64,000 nucleotides of DNA, taken from positions 53,743 through 117,742 of IMG/VR virus record IMGVR_UViG_3300045119_000370. One strand, written 5' to 3'. Every line of letters begins with the position of its first letter. Position 1 is the first letter of the stretch. The DNA comes from a virus. The notes under the pieces are model-generated. The model saw only the letters and a list, made by a program, of their open reading frames with translations. It searched no databases and was not told the DNA's origin. Of this stretch, positions 1 through 9,382 are shown piece after piece. The position numbers were made by a program, and so were the translations under genes.

Positions 1-849
1 GCGCGGCGACAGGCGCTCGCCCGACAGGACAAAGGCCCGCCGGATCGAGCGATGCTTGTGCAGGTCGATCTCCACCGTGTGATGGCTCTTGTAAGCAACG
101 TTCTTGCCCCGGAAGAATCGCCGGCCCGCCGGCTGATTCGAGATGATGGTATGCGCCGGCCGGTTTAGCCAGAGCAGCGCTGCCCAGACATTGCGGACGT
201 CGCCGGCCGAGTTCATCAGCATGTTAGCGATGTTCTCACGGCTCTTTTGCGTGGTGCCGCCACCGACCGCGATGTGGCTCACGTAGTCGGTGAACATATG
301 TGCCTGACACTGGTCGAGCAGCATCTGCCGCTCGTCCTCGTCGACGATCTTCATCTGCGACGAGCCATAGGCGAGGGCGAGCTTGCTCCACTCGTGATCG
401 AGCGCAACGACGATGCCGCGCGTCTTGTGATCGGGCACGACCTTCTCGCCGGGCAAGGTCCACTTGTAATAGTGCGGCAGTAGCGACGAGGACTCGGTGT
501 CGTTCAGTCCTTTGCCGCGCGCCATGACGTAGATGCGCTGGCCGGACAAGAGGTAGCCGACGGCGACGTCGCTGCCGGGCTTGAAGCCCAAGACTGGGAA
601 CTGGTCAAAGAACCCCTTGTTGAACTCCAAGTACATGGTGTCAAACGGCGGGATCGCGAACTGGCGATGATGCAGGACGAGGTCGCCACACTCTAAAGCG
701 AACTGACCGATGAGCTTGCTCGCCGAGTCCGAGAAGACGAAGCGCTCGGCGCGCCGAGCCGTAGCGAGGAGTTCCTCGCGTACTGCGCGGCTCATCCACT
801 TGATGGGCTGTCCGGCGACCTCGTCGATGACGAGTGGCTGAGTGGTCAT
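1..849 (-). CDS. Phage hypothetical protein, 3' end outside window (>283 aa, MTTQPLVIDEVAG...)
   Basis: Translated by hand: open frame from ATG at 849 to the window edge; absent from the ORF track because no stop is in the window. Confidence 0.75.
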   Translation of the reverse strand, partial: MTTQPLVIDEVAGQPIKWMSRAVREELLATARRAERFVFSDSASKLIGQFALECGDLVLHHRQFAIPPFDTMYLEFNKGFFDQFPVLGFKPGSDVAVGYLLSGQRIYVMARGKGLNDTESSSLLPHYYKWTLPGEKVVPDHKTRGIVVALDHEWSKLALAYGSSQMKIVDEDERQMLLDQCQAHMFTDYVSHIAVGGGTTQKSRENIANMLMNSAGDVRNVWAALLWLNRPAHTIISNQPAGRRFFRGKNVAYKSHHTVEIDLHKHRSIRRAFVLSGERLSPR

Positions 850-851
850 GG

Positions 852-1025
852 TCAAACGTCCTCGTCGTGGCCATTGCGCTCGATCCACTCCTCGACCTCG
901 CGCCGGGTTCCGTAGAACACTCGACGCTTGTCGCGGATGCGGACGGCGGCGTAGTCGGTCATGTAACCATCGGCCTTGAGGTGGCCGACGCCGACGCGGT
1001 AGAGCTTGGGAGTCTCGGTGGTCAT
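852..1025 (-). CDS. Small early hypothetical protein (57 aa, MTTETPKLYRVG...)
   Basis: Translated by hand; preceded by GGAAGGGACTGACCATG leader. Confidence 0.6.
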   Translation of the reverse strand: MTTETPKLYRVGVGHLKADGYMTDYAAVRIRDKRRVFYGTRREVEEWIERNGHDEDV

Positions 1026-1095
1026 GGTCAGTCCCTTCCTTTACATCATACATAGAGAGGGTGCGCCGCCGACGCAATCCCGGCGGCGCACTTAT

Positions 1096-1431
1096 TTACG
1101 CTTTCACCTTCTCCTTCGCCTTCTTCCCGGGGAAGACAGTCTCGATCAGATCGAGGCGCTCGATCTGGGTGAACTTGGCGTCTTCGGCCTTGTTGCCGTT
1201 GTCGCCTCTGACACCGTCACCACTCCAGACCACCCGGTCGTGACCAGTGACATCATAGACATTGACCATGATGTCGTGGCCGGCGAGCTTGAACGTGGTC
1301 TTCCAGTCGAGGTAGGCGAGCTTGACGCAACGGTTGATCACGTCGAGCTTGTTCGGGCCTCGCGTCCAGCTGCCACAGCCAAGGCTGTTCAGCTGGATCA
1401 GTGCGAGGTAGTCGCGTTTGGTTTCGGTCAT
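1096..1431 (-). CDS. Hypothetical protein (MTETKRDY...)
   Basis: ORF 1096..1491 with start moved to the ATG after GAAGGGAAACTA. Confidence 0.7.
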   Translation of the reverse strand: MTETKRDYLALIQLNSLGCGSWTRGPNKLDVINRCVKLAYLDWKTTFKLAGHDIMVNVYDVTGHDRVVWSGDGVRGDNGNKAEDAKFTQIERLDLIETVFPGKKAKEKVKA

Positions 1432-1568
1432 TAGTTTCCCTTCTCTAGCTTCTCCAACTCGGCGAGGAGTTGGGCACGACGCTCTTCCCACTCTCGGCCC
1501 TCTTGGCTTGGGCGGGCAAGCTCATCATTGATATCCGACCGACGTCGGTCTCTCTGCTCTCTGGTCAT
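1431..1568 (-). CDS. Small hypothetical protein (45 aa, MTREQRDRRR...)
   Basis: GAAGGGTACCATG leader; stop overlaps the next start. Confidence 0.5.
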   Translation of the reverse strand: MTREQRDRRRSDINDELARPSQEGREWEERRAQLLAELEKLEKGN

Positions 1569-1602
1569 GGTACCCTTCTCTCGTTCGGAGGATCACTGCC
1601 TC

Positions 1603-1710
1603 CATACTACATATATGTACTGACCTCCCACTTTACAAGAGCTAAAGTTGGCGATCACGTTTTTGTTTTAGCTCTTGTAAAGTGGACAGGGCGTACTTAT
1701 ATGTAGTATG
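1603..1710. promoter_or_regulatory. Divergent twin sigma70-type promoters forming an imperfect ~44 bp inverted repeat
   Basis: Arms 1603-1646 and 1667-1710 both read TTTAGCTCTTGTAAAGTGG-N-GTAC-W-TATATGTAGTATG outward; CTTGTA-N17-TTATAT on +. Confidence 0.8.
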
Positions 1711-1753
1711 AAGGAAGGGAACCCGGCGAGGCCGGGGAGTGACAGGAGACCAG

Positions 1754-1918
1754 ATGGCTATGACCAAGGGCAAGCGCAAGACCCGCCGTCGCTCAGTGCG
1801 TCGCACTCGGCACGCACTCAATGCGGCGGTCGACTTTCTGACTCACGTGAGCGTGCGCAAGCTGACCAAGCGCAGCGACACTCACCCCGTCCGCAGCATG
1901 GTTCGCGAACGGTTTTAG
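1754..1918 (+). CDS. Small basic protein (54 aa, MAMTKGKRKTRRRS...)
   Basis: Translated by hand; AGGAG RBS upstream; first ORF after the promoter. Confidence 0.5.
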   Translation: MAMTKGKRKTRRRSVRRTRHALNAAVDFLTHVSVRKLTKRSDTHPVRSMVRERF

Positions 1919-2000
1919 CTGATGTAAAGAAAACACTTGAAATCACGAAAGGCAGTGTTTAGCTATGGTAAAGCGAATGACACTTGAAGGGACCAAGACC

Positions 2001-3578
2001 ATGACCAAGAGTGAAAAGGAAGGGGCCGATGTGACCGCGCTGCTCAAGGCGCGGAACAGCCTCCTGTGGGTAGTGACCCGCGAGGAAGGCCGGTCTGAGC
2101 GCTACCTGTTCGAGGCGGCCGCCGATGCCAAATATGTCCCTCGCACTTGGGACGCCGGCCAAGGCGTTGCCAGCATCAACGGGCAGGTCGACGAGACCAT
2201 CGGTGGCCCGTTCGTCGACGACATTCTCGCGGCCATCCGCGAGCGTGCGGAAAAGGGGAATGAACGCGGTGTGTGGATTCTCCGCGATCTGCCCGTGTGG
2301 CTGGGCGGCCCGCTCGGCGCGACGGTTCTCCGCAAGGTGCGGAACCTCGCCCGGCTTCTGCCGACCGTGCCCCGCGAGCGTGCGCAGGCGATCATTGTAG
2401 TGACGACCAGCGGTGAAGTGCCGCCCGATCTACAGGGTCACGCTACCGTCATCGAGTGGCCGCTGCCCGACCGGGCAGAAATCGCGGCCGCGCTCGACGA
2501 CGCCATTGCCAGCCTGCCCGACAATATCCGGGCTGGCGCGGCCCCGAACGGCTCTAGGGACGCGGCAATCGACGCGGCCGTGGGGTTGACGGGCGAGGAA
2601 GCTGCGGGCTGCTACGCTCGCTCTCTGGTGCAGCTGAAGCGCATCGACCCGGTCATCGTGGCCGGCGAGAAGAAGCGGATTGTTGCACGCGAGGGTGTCC
2701 TCGAATGGTTCGACCCGCTGCCCGATGGTTTGGCTTCGGTCGGCGGCCTTGAGAACCTCAAGGCATGGCTGGTTTCGCGCAAGGCGGCCTACTCCCCGGC
2801 GGCACGTGCCTACGGTCTGCCGGCACCGCGTGGCGCGATCTTCGTCGGCATCTCTGGCTGCGGCAAGTCTCTGATGGCCAAAGCCACTGCCACTGCTTGG
2901 AGCGTCCCGCTCTTGCGGCTCGATCTCGGCGCACTGAAGAACAAGTACGTCGGCGGAAGCGAGGCGTTGATCCGCAAGGCACTGAAAGTCGTCGAGGCGA
3001 TTGGCAGATGCGTCCTGTGGATCGACGAGGTCGAGAAAGCACTGCAAGGCTCGACCTCTGGCGCGTCCGATGGTGGCACGTCTGCTGACCAGCTGGGCAC
3101 GCTGCTCAACTGGATGCAAGAGAGGTCCGGGGAGGCGTTCATCATCGCCACCTCGAACGACATCACTGCCCTGCCGCCTGAGTTCTTGCGGAAGGGAAGG
3201 TTCGACGAAATCTGGTGGGTCGATACGCCTACCGAGATCGAGCGGACTGAAGTTTGCAAGGCTGCACTGCGTCAGTACGGACGCACTGTGGACGGCATCG
3301 ACCTCGCCAAGGTGGCGACTGAGACTGCCGGCTTCACGGGTGCTGAGATCGCCGCACTGATACCGGACAGCTTGTATGTCGCCTTCGCCGATGGCGAGCG
3401 CGAGCTTCGGACGGCGGACCTCGTGGCAGCTGCCAAGCAGGTGGTGCCGTTGACCAAGACTGCCGAGGCTGTCATCGCCAAGCAGCGCGAGTGGGCCAAA
3501 GGCAAGGCGCGGCCGGCATCGGCGGCACCGGTTGCGGTCACTGAAAAGGGTGTTCAGCGGCGCACGCTGGACCTCTGA
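2001..3578 (+). CDS. AAA+ ATPase, Ycf46-like architecture
   Basis: Walker A GISGCGKS, Walker B LWIDEVEK, SRH PEFLRKGRFD; degenerate N-terminal AAA-like half; start after GAAGGGACCAAGACC (alternative start 1965). Confidence 0.85.
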   Translation: MTKSEKEGADVTALLKARNSLLWVVTREEGRSERYLFEAAADAKYVPRTWDAGQGVASINGQVDETIGGPFVDDILAAIRERAEKGNERGVWILRDLPVWLGGPLGATVLRKVRNLARLLPTVPRERAQAIIVVTTSGEVPPDLQGHATVIEWPLPDRAEIAAALDDAIASLPDNIRAGAAPNGSRDAAIDAAVGLTGEEAAGCYARSLVQLKRIDPVIVAGEKKRIVAREGVLEWFDPLPDGLASVGGLENLKAWLVSRKAAYSPAARAYGLPAPRGAIFVGISGCGKSLMAKATATAWSVPLLRLDLGALKNKYVGGSEALIRKALKVVEAIGRCVLWIDEVEKALQGSTSGASDGGTSADQLGTLLNWMQERSGEAFIIATSNDITALPPEFLRKGRFDEIWWVDTPTEIERTEVCKAALRQYGRTVDGIDLAKVATETAGFTGAEIAALIPDSLYVAFADGERELRTADLVAAAKQVVPLTKTAEAVIAKQREWAKGKARPASAAPVAVTEKGVQRRTLDL

Positions 3579-3587
3579 TAAAAGCAA

Positions 3588-3625
3588 GGGGTGGCCCTTG
3601 AAATGCGAAGGGCCACCCTTTATAT
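3588..3625 (+). promoter_or_regulatory. Promoter overlapping a GC hairpin (possible terminator/operator)
   Basis: CTTGAA(3597)-N17-TTATAT(3620) inside inverted repeat GGGTGGCCCTT...AAGGGCCACCC. Confidence 0.65.
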
Positions 3626-3660
3626 CAGGTAAAGCAAGACGCTAACGAAGGGAAACTAAA

Positions 3661-4404
3661 ATGACCACGATCTCCACCATACGCCCGGGCCTTTTGGTCA
3701 GCCTGAAGACCAGCTTGAAGGGCAACGTTCATTACGACCGCTACGACCTCGAACGCGACACCATCACCGCCGAGGGCGAGTCGAAGGCGCGCTGGGAGAC
3801 CCTGCGCACCATCGCGGACCCGGCCGAGTACGAGGCGATGACCAAGGTCCGCAACAAGGGTGCCGGCATGATCCGGGGCGCGTGCACCAAGTCGGCGTTC
3901 GGGCTGCTCTGCCCGGAGGCGAACATCGACAACCTCAACCGCGCCATAGCTGACGCGAATCGGCTGGTCGATGGAGCCAACCGGACGGCTAAGCTGACCC
4001 GCGTCGACGTGTACACTATCGTCGGCCGGATCGAGCCTAACGACGTCGAAGCAGTGCGGGCGATCAAGGGCGAAATCTCCGACCTGATCTCCACGATCAG
4101 CGATGGCGTCAAGAACCTCGACGTCAAGGCTATCCGGGCAGCTGCCGCCAAGGCTCGCAGTGTCGCCCAGATGCTCCCGGACGACGCCAAGGAGCGGGTC
4201 AAGGAAGCCATCGCTACCGGTCGCAAGGTCGCTACGGCGATCAAGAAGGCCGGCGAGGACGCGGCGGTCGAGATCGACAAGGAAGCACTCCGCACTTTGG
4301 CTTCGGCCCGGACTGCCTTCCTCGACTTCGACGACGAGGACGAGGTCGTCGAGGCCCGGCCGACCAAGGTCGGTGGCGGCGTCCCCCGGATGCTCGACCT
4401 CTGA
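3661..4404 (+). CDS. Helical hypothetical protein adjacent to the AAA ATPase
   Basis: 247 aa, GAAGGG RBS, GC3-rich codons; ends RMLDL like the ATPase (RTLDL). Confidence 0.8.
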   Translation: MTTISTIRPGLLVSLKTSLKGNVHYDRYDLERDTITAEGESKARWETLRTIADPAEYEAMTKVRNKGAGMIRGACTKSAFGLLCPEANIDNLNRAIADANRLVDGANRTAKLTRVDVYTIVGRIEPNDVEAVRAIKGEISDLISTISDGVKNLDVKAIRAAAAKARSVAQMLPDDAKERVKEAIATGRKVATAIKKAGEDAAVEIDKEALRTLASARTAFLDFDDEDEVVEARPTKVGGGVPRMLDL

Positions 4405-4463
4405 GGCACAAGCGGGGCGGCTACGGCCGCCCCAGCTACCCTCCAGCCCAAAGGATCACTACA

Positions 4464-4805
4464 ATGCCTTGCGACACGATCAGAAAGACGAACCAGACCA
4501 TCAGCCAGCGCGCCACCGAGGTGCGCAAGGCGGTCGACACGATTGGCAAGGGCGTGGCCACTGGCCGCATCAAGGTCAAGATTGGCCCGCAGGGTGCCAT
4601 CGTTTTCGACGGTATCCTCGCCAACGAACGCGACGGCGTTACCGACGCCTGCGTCTACCGGAGACTCCTCGCCAGCGGTGCAGCGTCGGCCCTTGCCAAG
4701 ATCGCCGAGGCGGAACGTCTCGCCGGCCGGCAAGTTGATAGACGAGTCGTCGGCCATGGTGTTCACAGCCACGACGGTGGAGTAACGTGGCATGGCAAAG
4801 GATAG
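4464..4805 (+). CDS. Hypothetical protein (MPCDTIRK...)
   Basis: 113 aa, AAGGA RBS, followed by hairpins. Confidence 0.7.
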   Translation: MPCDTIRKTNQTISQRATEVRKAVDTIGKGVATGRIKVKIGPQGAIVFDGILANERDGVTDACVYRRLLASGAASALAKIAEAERLAGRQVDRRVVGHGVHSHDGGVTWHGKG

Positions 4806-4860
4806 CGGGCGATAAATCCCTTCTCGCCCGTTGCGGCGGTTCTCCCCGAACCGTAGCAGG

Positions 4861-4896
4861 GGCCGGCGTGAGATTGGTCTCCCACGCCGGCCTTTA
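4861..4896 (+). terminator. Probable intrinsic terminator
   Basis: GGCCGGCGTG...CACGCCGGCC followed by TTT. Confidence 0.5.
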
Positions 4897-4966
4897 CATC
4901 TTGTAAAGTACGTCAAAATACTTACATCTGGAATGGCCGGATGACCCGGTCGAAGGGATGAGACCG

Positions 4967-5197
4967 ATGACCAAAGCTGTCAAAACTTGGGAAGCCGTCC
5001 AGCTGGAGCGCGCCGTCCTCGCGGCCAAGACCCGTTGGGGCCATGGCTGGCGTCTGCTCGGTGCCGATATCCGCGAGGCACTGGTCCGCGCCGAGGTGCT
5101 CGTCATACTGGCGCAGGCCGCGACCGCTGTAGCCGAAACTCCGCAGGGTAAGCTCGCCGAGCTTGCCATGCACTGGCCGGAAGGAGACGCGAAATGA
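4967..5197 (+). CDS. Hypothetical protein
   Basis: GAAGGG leader; ATGA overlap with next ORF. Confidence 0.6.
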   Translation: MTKAVKTWEAVQLERAVLAAKTRWGHGWRLLGADIREALVRAEVLVILAQAATAVAETPQGKLAELAMHWPEGDAK

Positions 5198-5427
5198 CCA
5201 AGGCCGATCTCGCTGCCTTCCGGTTCGCTGGACGTGGTCGCTGGGTGCACGATGACAAGAAGCTGCTCATCGACCTCGACGACGACTATGGCCGGACCTT
5301 CCGCGCCTACACGTCGGCATACGCTTCGCAGGATACACTGATGCGTAACAAGGCTGGTAACGTCATGCGCTTCCGGTCTGCCGAGGCCGCCGCCCGCTAC
5401 CTCCTGAAATGGAAGGTGACACCATGA
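5194..5427 (+). CDS. Hypothetical protein
   Basis: 77 aa, coupled ATGA overlaps at both ends. Confidence 0.65.
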   Translation: MTKADLAAFRFAGRGRWVHDDKKLLIDLDDDYGRTFRAYTSAYASQDTLMRNKAGNVMRFRSAEAAARYLLKWKVTP

Positions 5428-6053
5428 GCACTTGGGACGAGGCCCGCTGGCTGGCCGACCACGATATCGTACAGGAGGCGACGCTCGAACTACGTGCTCG
5501 CGTCTATGCCACGGCCGCCCACGCTGCCGTCGGCCAGCTGCGCAAGTACACGGGCGAGCCGTACATCAAACACCCGGAGGCGGTCGCCGAGCTTGTCCGC
5601 GCCGTGCCACACACTGAGGAGATGCTCGCCGCCGCATGGCTGCACGACGTGGTCGAGGATACCAAGGTGACTGATGCCGACCTCCGTGAGGAGTTCGGTC
5701 CCGAGGTTGCTGAGCTTGTTCGCTGGTTGACCGACGTGTCCGCGCCACAGGATGGGAATCGCGTCGCTCGCAAGCGGATGGACCTCATCCATCTGGCAGA
5801 CGCGCCGGCCGGCGCGCAGACGGTCAAGGTGGCCGATCTGATCGACAACGCCTCGACCATCGTCGAGTTCGATCCGCACTTCGCGCGGGTCTTCCTCGCC
5901 GAGAAGGCAGCGTTGCTCACCGTACTGACCAAGGCCGACGCCACCCTGCTCGCGCAAGCGCACAGGGTGGTCGCGGCCGGCATCGATAGGCTGAACGAGA
6001 AGCTCGGCGAGGACTTTCTGCAAGTTTTGAGAGGGTACGATGACACAGTTTAG
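5424..6053 (+). CDS. HD-domain small alarmone hydrolase-like protein (SpoT/Mesh1 hydrolase family)
   Basis: [19 protein letters not shown] and VKVADLIDN motifs; no synthetase domain. Confidence 0.85.
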   Translation: MSTWDEARWLADHDIVQEATLELRARVYATAAHAAVGQLRKYTGEPYIKHPEAVAELVRAVPHTEEMLAAAWLHDVVEDTKVTDADLREEFGPEVAELVRWLTDVSAPQDGNRVARKRMDLIHLADAPAGAQTVKVADLIDNASTIVEFDPHFARVFLAEKAALLTVLTKADATLLAQAHRVVAAGIDRLNEKLGEDFLQVLRGYDDTV

Positions 6054-6267
6054 CAAGCTGACGCTCGACGCCGACGGCAAGCCGGTCGAGAGCCACATCC
6101 GCGTCATCAAGCAGAGTGACCTGATGAAGTGTCCGCACGTGATCCTGATGGAAGCCCACTACCGCGAGGATGGCAGCTGTCGCTGCGACGACGTCAACCA
6201 TCGCATCATGCATGACTGGGGCTATCGCTGGCGCGATGGCCGATGGAGATCAGGAGATGAAGGGTAA
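6040..6267 (+). CDS. Hypothetical Cys/His-containing protein
   Basis: 75 aa, overlaps upstream stop. Confidence 0.55.
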   Translation: MTQFSKLTLDADGKPVESHIRVIKQSDLMKCPHVILMEAHYREDGSCRCDDVNHRIMHDWGYRWRDGRWRSGDEG

Positions 6268-6391
6268 GTACACGAAGCGTCACCGCCGCACGGCCCGACA
6301 GGTCATGCGGTACGGCAAGAACGCCAAGCGCAAGCACCGCCGCAAGGCGGGCCGCACCGGTATGGTGTTCAAGAAGCAGACTAAGGCATGA
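6257..6391 (+). CDS. Very basic small protein ([11 protein letters not shown]...)
   Basis: AGGAG RBS, K/R-rich 44 aa. Confidence 0.45.
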   Translation: MKGKYTKRHRRTARQVMRYGKNAKRKHRRKAGRTGMVFKKQTKA

Positions 6392-6403
6392 AAGGAGATC
6401 ACC

Positions 6404-6748
6404 GTGTGGATTTGTTTCAACGATGCGTTCGTCTCGGCGGTTGCCGATCCGACCATGCCGGGCATGCTCAAGGTGCGCGCGCGCAAACGTGAACACCTTG
6501 AGAAGCTCTTCCCGGGCGTCAAGATTCAAGGCTCAGCCCGCACCGACTACGGTTGGCGGGTGATCGTCCCCAAGCGGGAGTTCATCACGCTCGTGACTGA
6601 GCGCATCCGTGGTATCGAGTACGACAACTTCAAGGACAGTGTGCTTGACGAGCGGCTGCACGAACTGTACGCCGATTTTTGGACGCTGCACTGGGAGTAC
6701 CAGCACGGATGGCGAAAACCAAAGGAAGTGACCGTCAGCTATGGCTGA
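6404..6748 (+). CDS. Phage hypothetical protein (MWICFNDAFVSAV...)
   Basis: AAAGGAG RBS, GTG start. Confidence 0.7.
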   Translation: MWICFNDAFVSAVADPTMPGMLKVRARKREHLEKLFPGVKIQGSARTDYGWRVIVPKREFITLVTERIRGIEYDNFKDSVLDERLHELYADFWTLHWEYQHGWRKPKEVTVSYG

Positions 6749-6750
6749 GA

Positions 6751-6779
6751 CTTGTAATCCCTTCTCCTTTGCATCATAT
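6751..6779 (+). promoter_or_regulatory. Early promoter
   Basis: CTTGTA-N17-TCATAT, same family as 1674 and 9390. Confidence 0.55.
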
Positions 6780-6825
6780 AAAGCGTGGCGGCAACATAAC
6801 CGCCATGCTAGAAGGGAACGAGACC

Positions 6826-7320
6826 ATGAACACCAAGATCGAATTCGAGCGCGCGCAGATCACCAACCCGCTCGACATCGCCGCCTTCACCTTTTCCGGT
6901 AAGGCGATTTTCACGCTGGTCGGCAAGTCCGGTCGCTACACTTACAAGGTGACCAAGGCCGACGACGGCCCGGTCTATTTCGTGTCGCTGTTCACCGGTA
7001 CCGACAACGCCGACAAGTACGCCTACGAGTACGTCGGCGTCGTCCGCACTTACGACAACGTCGACATCAAGGTGTGGGAGTTCGGACAGACCAGCAAGTC
7101 CAAGATCACGCCGGCTGACCCAAAGTGGGGCAAGGCGATCACGGGCTTCGCGTGGTTGCTGAAGGAGATCAAGAAGGCTCAGACGCTGGAGCCACACACT
7201 CTCGGTCAGGTCGAGTTCTGGCACGAGGGGCGCTGTGGACGGTGTGGCGCGCGGCTGACCGTGCCGGCGAGCATTGCTCGCGGGTTGGGGCCAGAGTGCA
7301 CCAAGCTGGGAGCTAAGTAG
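6826..7320 (+). CDS. DUF6011-like Zn-ribbon phage protein
   Basis: C-terminal GRCGRCGARLTVPASIARGLGPEC; leader GAAGGGAACGAGACCATG. Confidence 0.7.
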   Translation: MNTKIEFERAQITNPLDIAAFTFSGKAIFTLVGKSGRYTYKVTKADDGPVYFVSLFTGTDNADKYAYEYVGVVRTYDNVDIKVWEFGQTSKSKITPADPKWGKAITGFAWLLKEIKKAQTLEPHTLGQVEFWHEGRCGRCGARLTVPASIARGLGPECTKLGAK

Positions 7321-7390
7321 AACGACGCGGGGCCGCTGACAGTCGGCCATTCCAGTTCATCAAGTGTCGCTTCACCTGACCGCGTCGTGG

Positions 7391-7420
7391 GAGGCCCCTA
7401 GCGTCGGAGGGGCCTCTTTC
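7391..7420. terminator. Terminator between convergent genes
   Basis: GAGGCCCCT...AGGGGCCTC then TTTC. Confidence 0.55.
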
Positions 7421-7422
7421 GT

Positions 7423-7875
7423 TTAGACGATGGTGATCTCGTTCGAGGTCGACTCTTCTGAGCCGATTGAGTTGGTGGCGGTTAAGACGCAGAGTGCTTG
7501 CTTGCCGACATCGGCAGGGGTGACCGTGTAGTTCGCACCGTCACCGGATACGTCGTCGCCATCCAGCTGCCATTGATAAGCGTAGGTGCCGGTCCCCATG
7601 GCGTTCCAGTTGCCCATCGTGCAGTTGAGGGTCTGGCCGCTCTGCGAGACGTAGGGCGCGTCCACGACGGTGGGCGGCTCGGTGGGTTCTGGTTCTGGTG
7701 GGGCTGTGTCGTCGCCAGTAATCGGCACCACGATCTCGCTGCCGTCGCCCATCTTGATGACGACCTGCGAGTTGGGCGGGGCTTCCGGGTCGAAGCCTTC
7801 GTCGTTGGGATATGCGATGCGCAGGACGCGCCGTTCTTGTCCCTGCCAAGTGACCGTCAAAGGCGTGGTGGGCAT
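7423..7875 (-). CDS. Small beta-domain fused to an Ig-like C-terminal domain
   Basis: N-term WQGQ..VLR.A...D.GFD...QVVIK..DGSE; C-term YAYQWQLDG...YTVTPADVGK.. LTATNSIGS typical of Ig-like repeats; AGGAGG RBS. Confidence 0.7.
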   Translation of the reverse strand: MPTTPLTVTWQGQERRVLRIAYPNDEGFDPEAPPNSQVVIKMGDGSEIVVPITGDDTAPPEPEPTEPPTVVDAPYVSQSGQTLNCTMGNWNAMGTGTYAYQWQLDGDDVSGDGANYTVTPADVGKQALCVLTATNSIGSEESTSNEITIV

Positions 7876-7956
7876 GGTGTTGTCCTCCTGCTGGTGAGGC
7901 AGGAGGATAGCAAGGCCCCCGTTGTAAGGCGAGGGCCTGTCGTTTCAGCTGTTGGT

Positions 7957-8376
7957 TCAGCCGTTGGCGCGGGCTTCGGCCCGCTCGCGGTCGCGTTCGC
8001 GCTTCGTTGGCCGCAGCCGGGGCACCTGACGAGACGGCTTTTCGTCGAAGTTGCCGCTGATGCTTCCGACCGTCGATCCACCGCGTGGATCGCTCTTCAT
8101 GACTGCTTCGGGATCGTCGCCCGGCTCGCGCGGCGGGATACCGGGAGCACCAGTGCCGGCGGACATGTTGTTGGTGCTCTGCGGGTCATTGAGGTGCGGG
8201 TGACCACGCAGCACGACGTCGCCGATATCTTCGCGACGAACTACCCGCTCTTCACCGCCGCCACCTTTGATGATGACCTGCTCGCCGGCTTCCGGGTCAT
8301 GGTTGAAACCCTTGTCGCCGCCGTGTGCCGGTCGGACGATTTGGTAGCCTGCATACTGCGGTTCGGTGTTATTCAT
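7957..8376 (-). CDS. Small beta-domain protein with disordered tail
   Basis: QIVRPAHGGDKGF...EQVIIKGGGGEERVV; GGAG RBS. Confidence 0.65.
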   Translation of the reverse strand: MNNTEPQYAGYQIVRPAHGGDKGFNHDPEAGEQVIIKGGGGEERVVRREDIGDVVLRGHPHLNDPQSTNNMSAGTGAPGIPPREPGDDPEAVMKSDPRGGSTVGSISGNFDEKPSRQVPRLRPTKRERDRERAEARANG

Positions 8377-8418
8377 GGGGTTCTCCACTTGAGAATAGAT
8401 CAAAGGGGAACGCGGTTA

Positions 8419-9066
8419 CTACGCAGACTCACCGGACTGGACTTCGCTCTTGGAGACGGTCTTCTCCTTGCCATCGCTGCCCTTGATGACGACCTGATCA
8501 CCCTTGGCGGCGTCGAAGCCTTGATCGCCCTGCTTGGCGGGACGAACGATCTGCACGTCCTGTCCCTGATACTTACCTTTATTCTGGGTCATTGGAAAGA
8601 CCTCCGCTGATCGGCCCGGATGGGCCGGGGCATCTTCAACGGTCGAGGTTGCGGATTTGTTCCGATAGAACCTACCGTCGGCTGTCCAGCGTAATGTACC
8701 GTTACGCTGAGCTTTAGTTAAACGCTTGATCTTGCCATCAGCAGCGGTCAGTAACTCGTCGTCGAATGTCGCCGAGAGACGTTGGGTAAAGCGTTGCAAG
8801 AGAGCGGTGTCGGCCAGTTCTCCAATGATCTCGGACTGGTTGGCGACTACGCTGTCGTTGAAGCCGACCTCTGGATGTTTCTCATGCTCGTTCTTCAGGG
8901 CATCATGGATCGATACAGATATGTCAGCTGGCGACGCGCCGCACGCCAGACACAGTTCGACGGTCTCTTCCAACAGGCGCAGTGCGATGGCACGTGACTC
9001 GGGTATCGGCAGTTTGGCGAGGGCGTAGATTTGAATCAGATCGTCTACTAAGTCGTCGATACGCAT
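8419..9066 (-). CDS. MazG-like nucleotide pyrophosphohydrolase, in frame with a C-terminal small beta-domain (likely separate start at 8592)
   Basis: RLLEETVEL...IGELAD acidic motifs; internal GGAGG-N8-ATG at 8592. Confidence 0.55.
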   Translation of the reverse strand: MRIDDLVDDLIQIYALAKLPIPESRAIALRLLEETVELCLACGASPADISVSIHDALKNEHEKHPEVGFNDSVVANQSEIIGELADTALLQRFTQRLSATFDDELLTAADGKIKRLTKAQRNGTLRWTADGRFYRNKSATSTVEDAPAHPGRSAEVFPMTQNKGKYQGQDVQIVRPAKQGDQGFDAAKGDQVVIKGSDGKEKTVSKSEVQSGESA

Positions 9067-9141
9067 GGCTGATCTCCGGTGCATGCACTTGATTTGACGG
9101 GGCGTCGCTCATATGTATGATGTAAAGGAAGGGGAAAGACA

Positions 9142-9378
9142 ATGACCATTTACGGAAAAGACCCACGCGAGACCGAGTACGTTGGGAACCCTCACGAATT
9201 CACCGTCGCCTCCGACAAGGACGGTTTTTACTTGGTCAACGAGTTCGACGAGGAAGCACAGGACGGCGTCCGCTTTCTCACCCACGACACCGCTCGTGGC
9301 ATGATACACTGGTTGATCGATAACTGGGAGCCAAGAGACCCGCCCGGCTGGGAAGGTGGTTTCGCCAAGAACCACTAA
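9142..9378 (+). CDS. Hypothetical protein
   Basis: 78 aa; leader TATGTATGATGTAAAGGAAGGG identical to 1033-1054 (minus). Confidence 0.65.
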   Translation: MTIYGKDPRETEYVGNPHEFTVASDKDGFYLVNEFDEEAQDGVRFLTHDTARGMIHWLIDNWEPRDPPGWEGGFAKNH

Positions 9379-9382
9379 TCGC

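Noticed and set aside
1965-2000. MVKRMTL as an eighth M-V-x-R N-terminus
   Set aside because: ATG 1965 lies within a promoter-like sequence, while ATG 2001 has the conserved leader; not counted.
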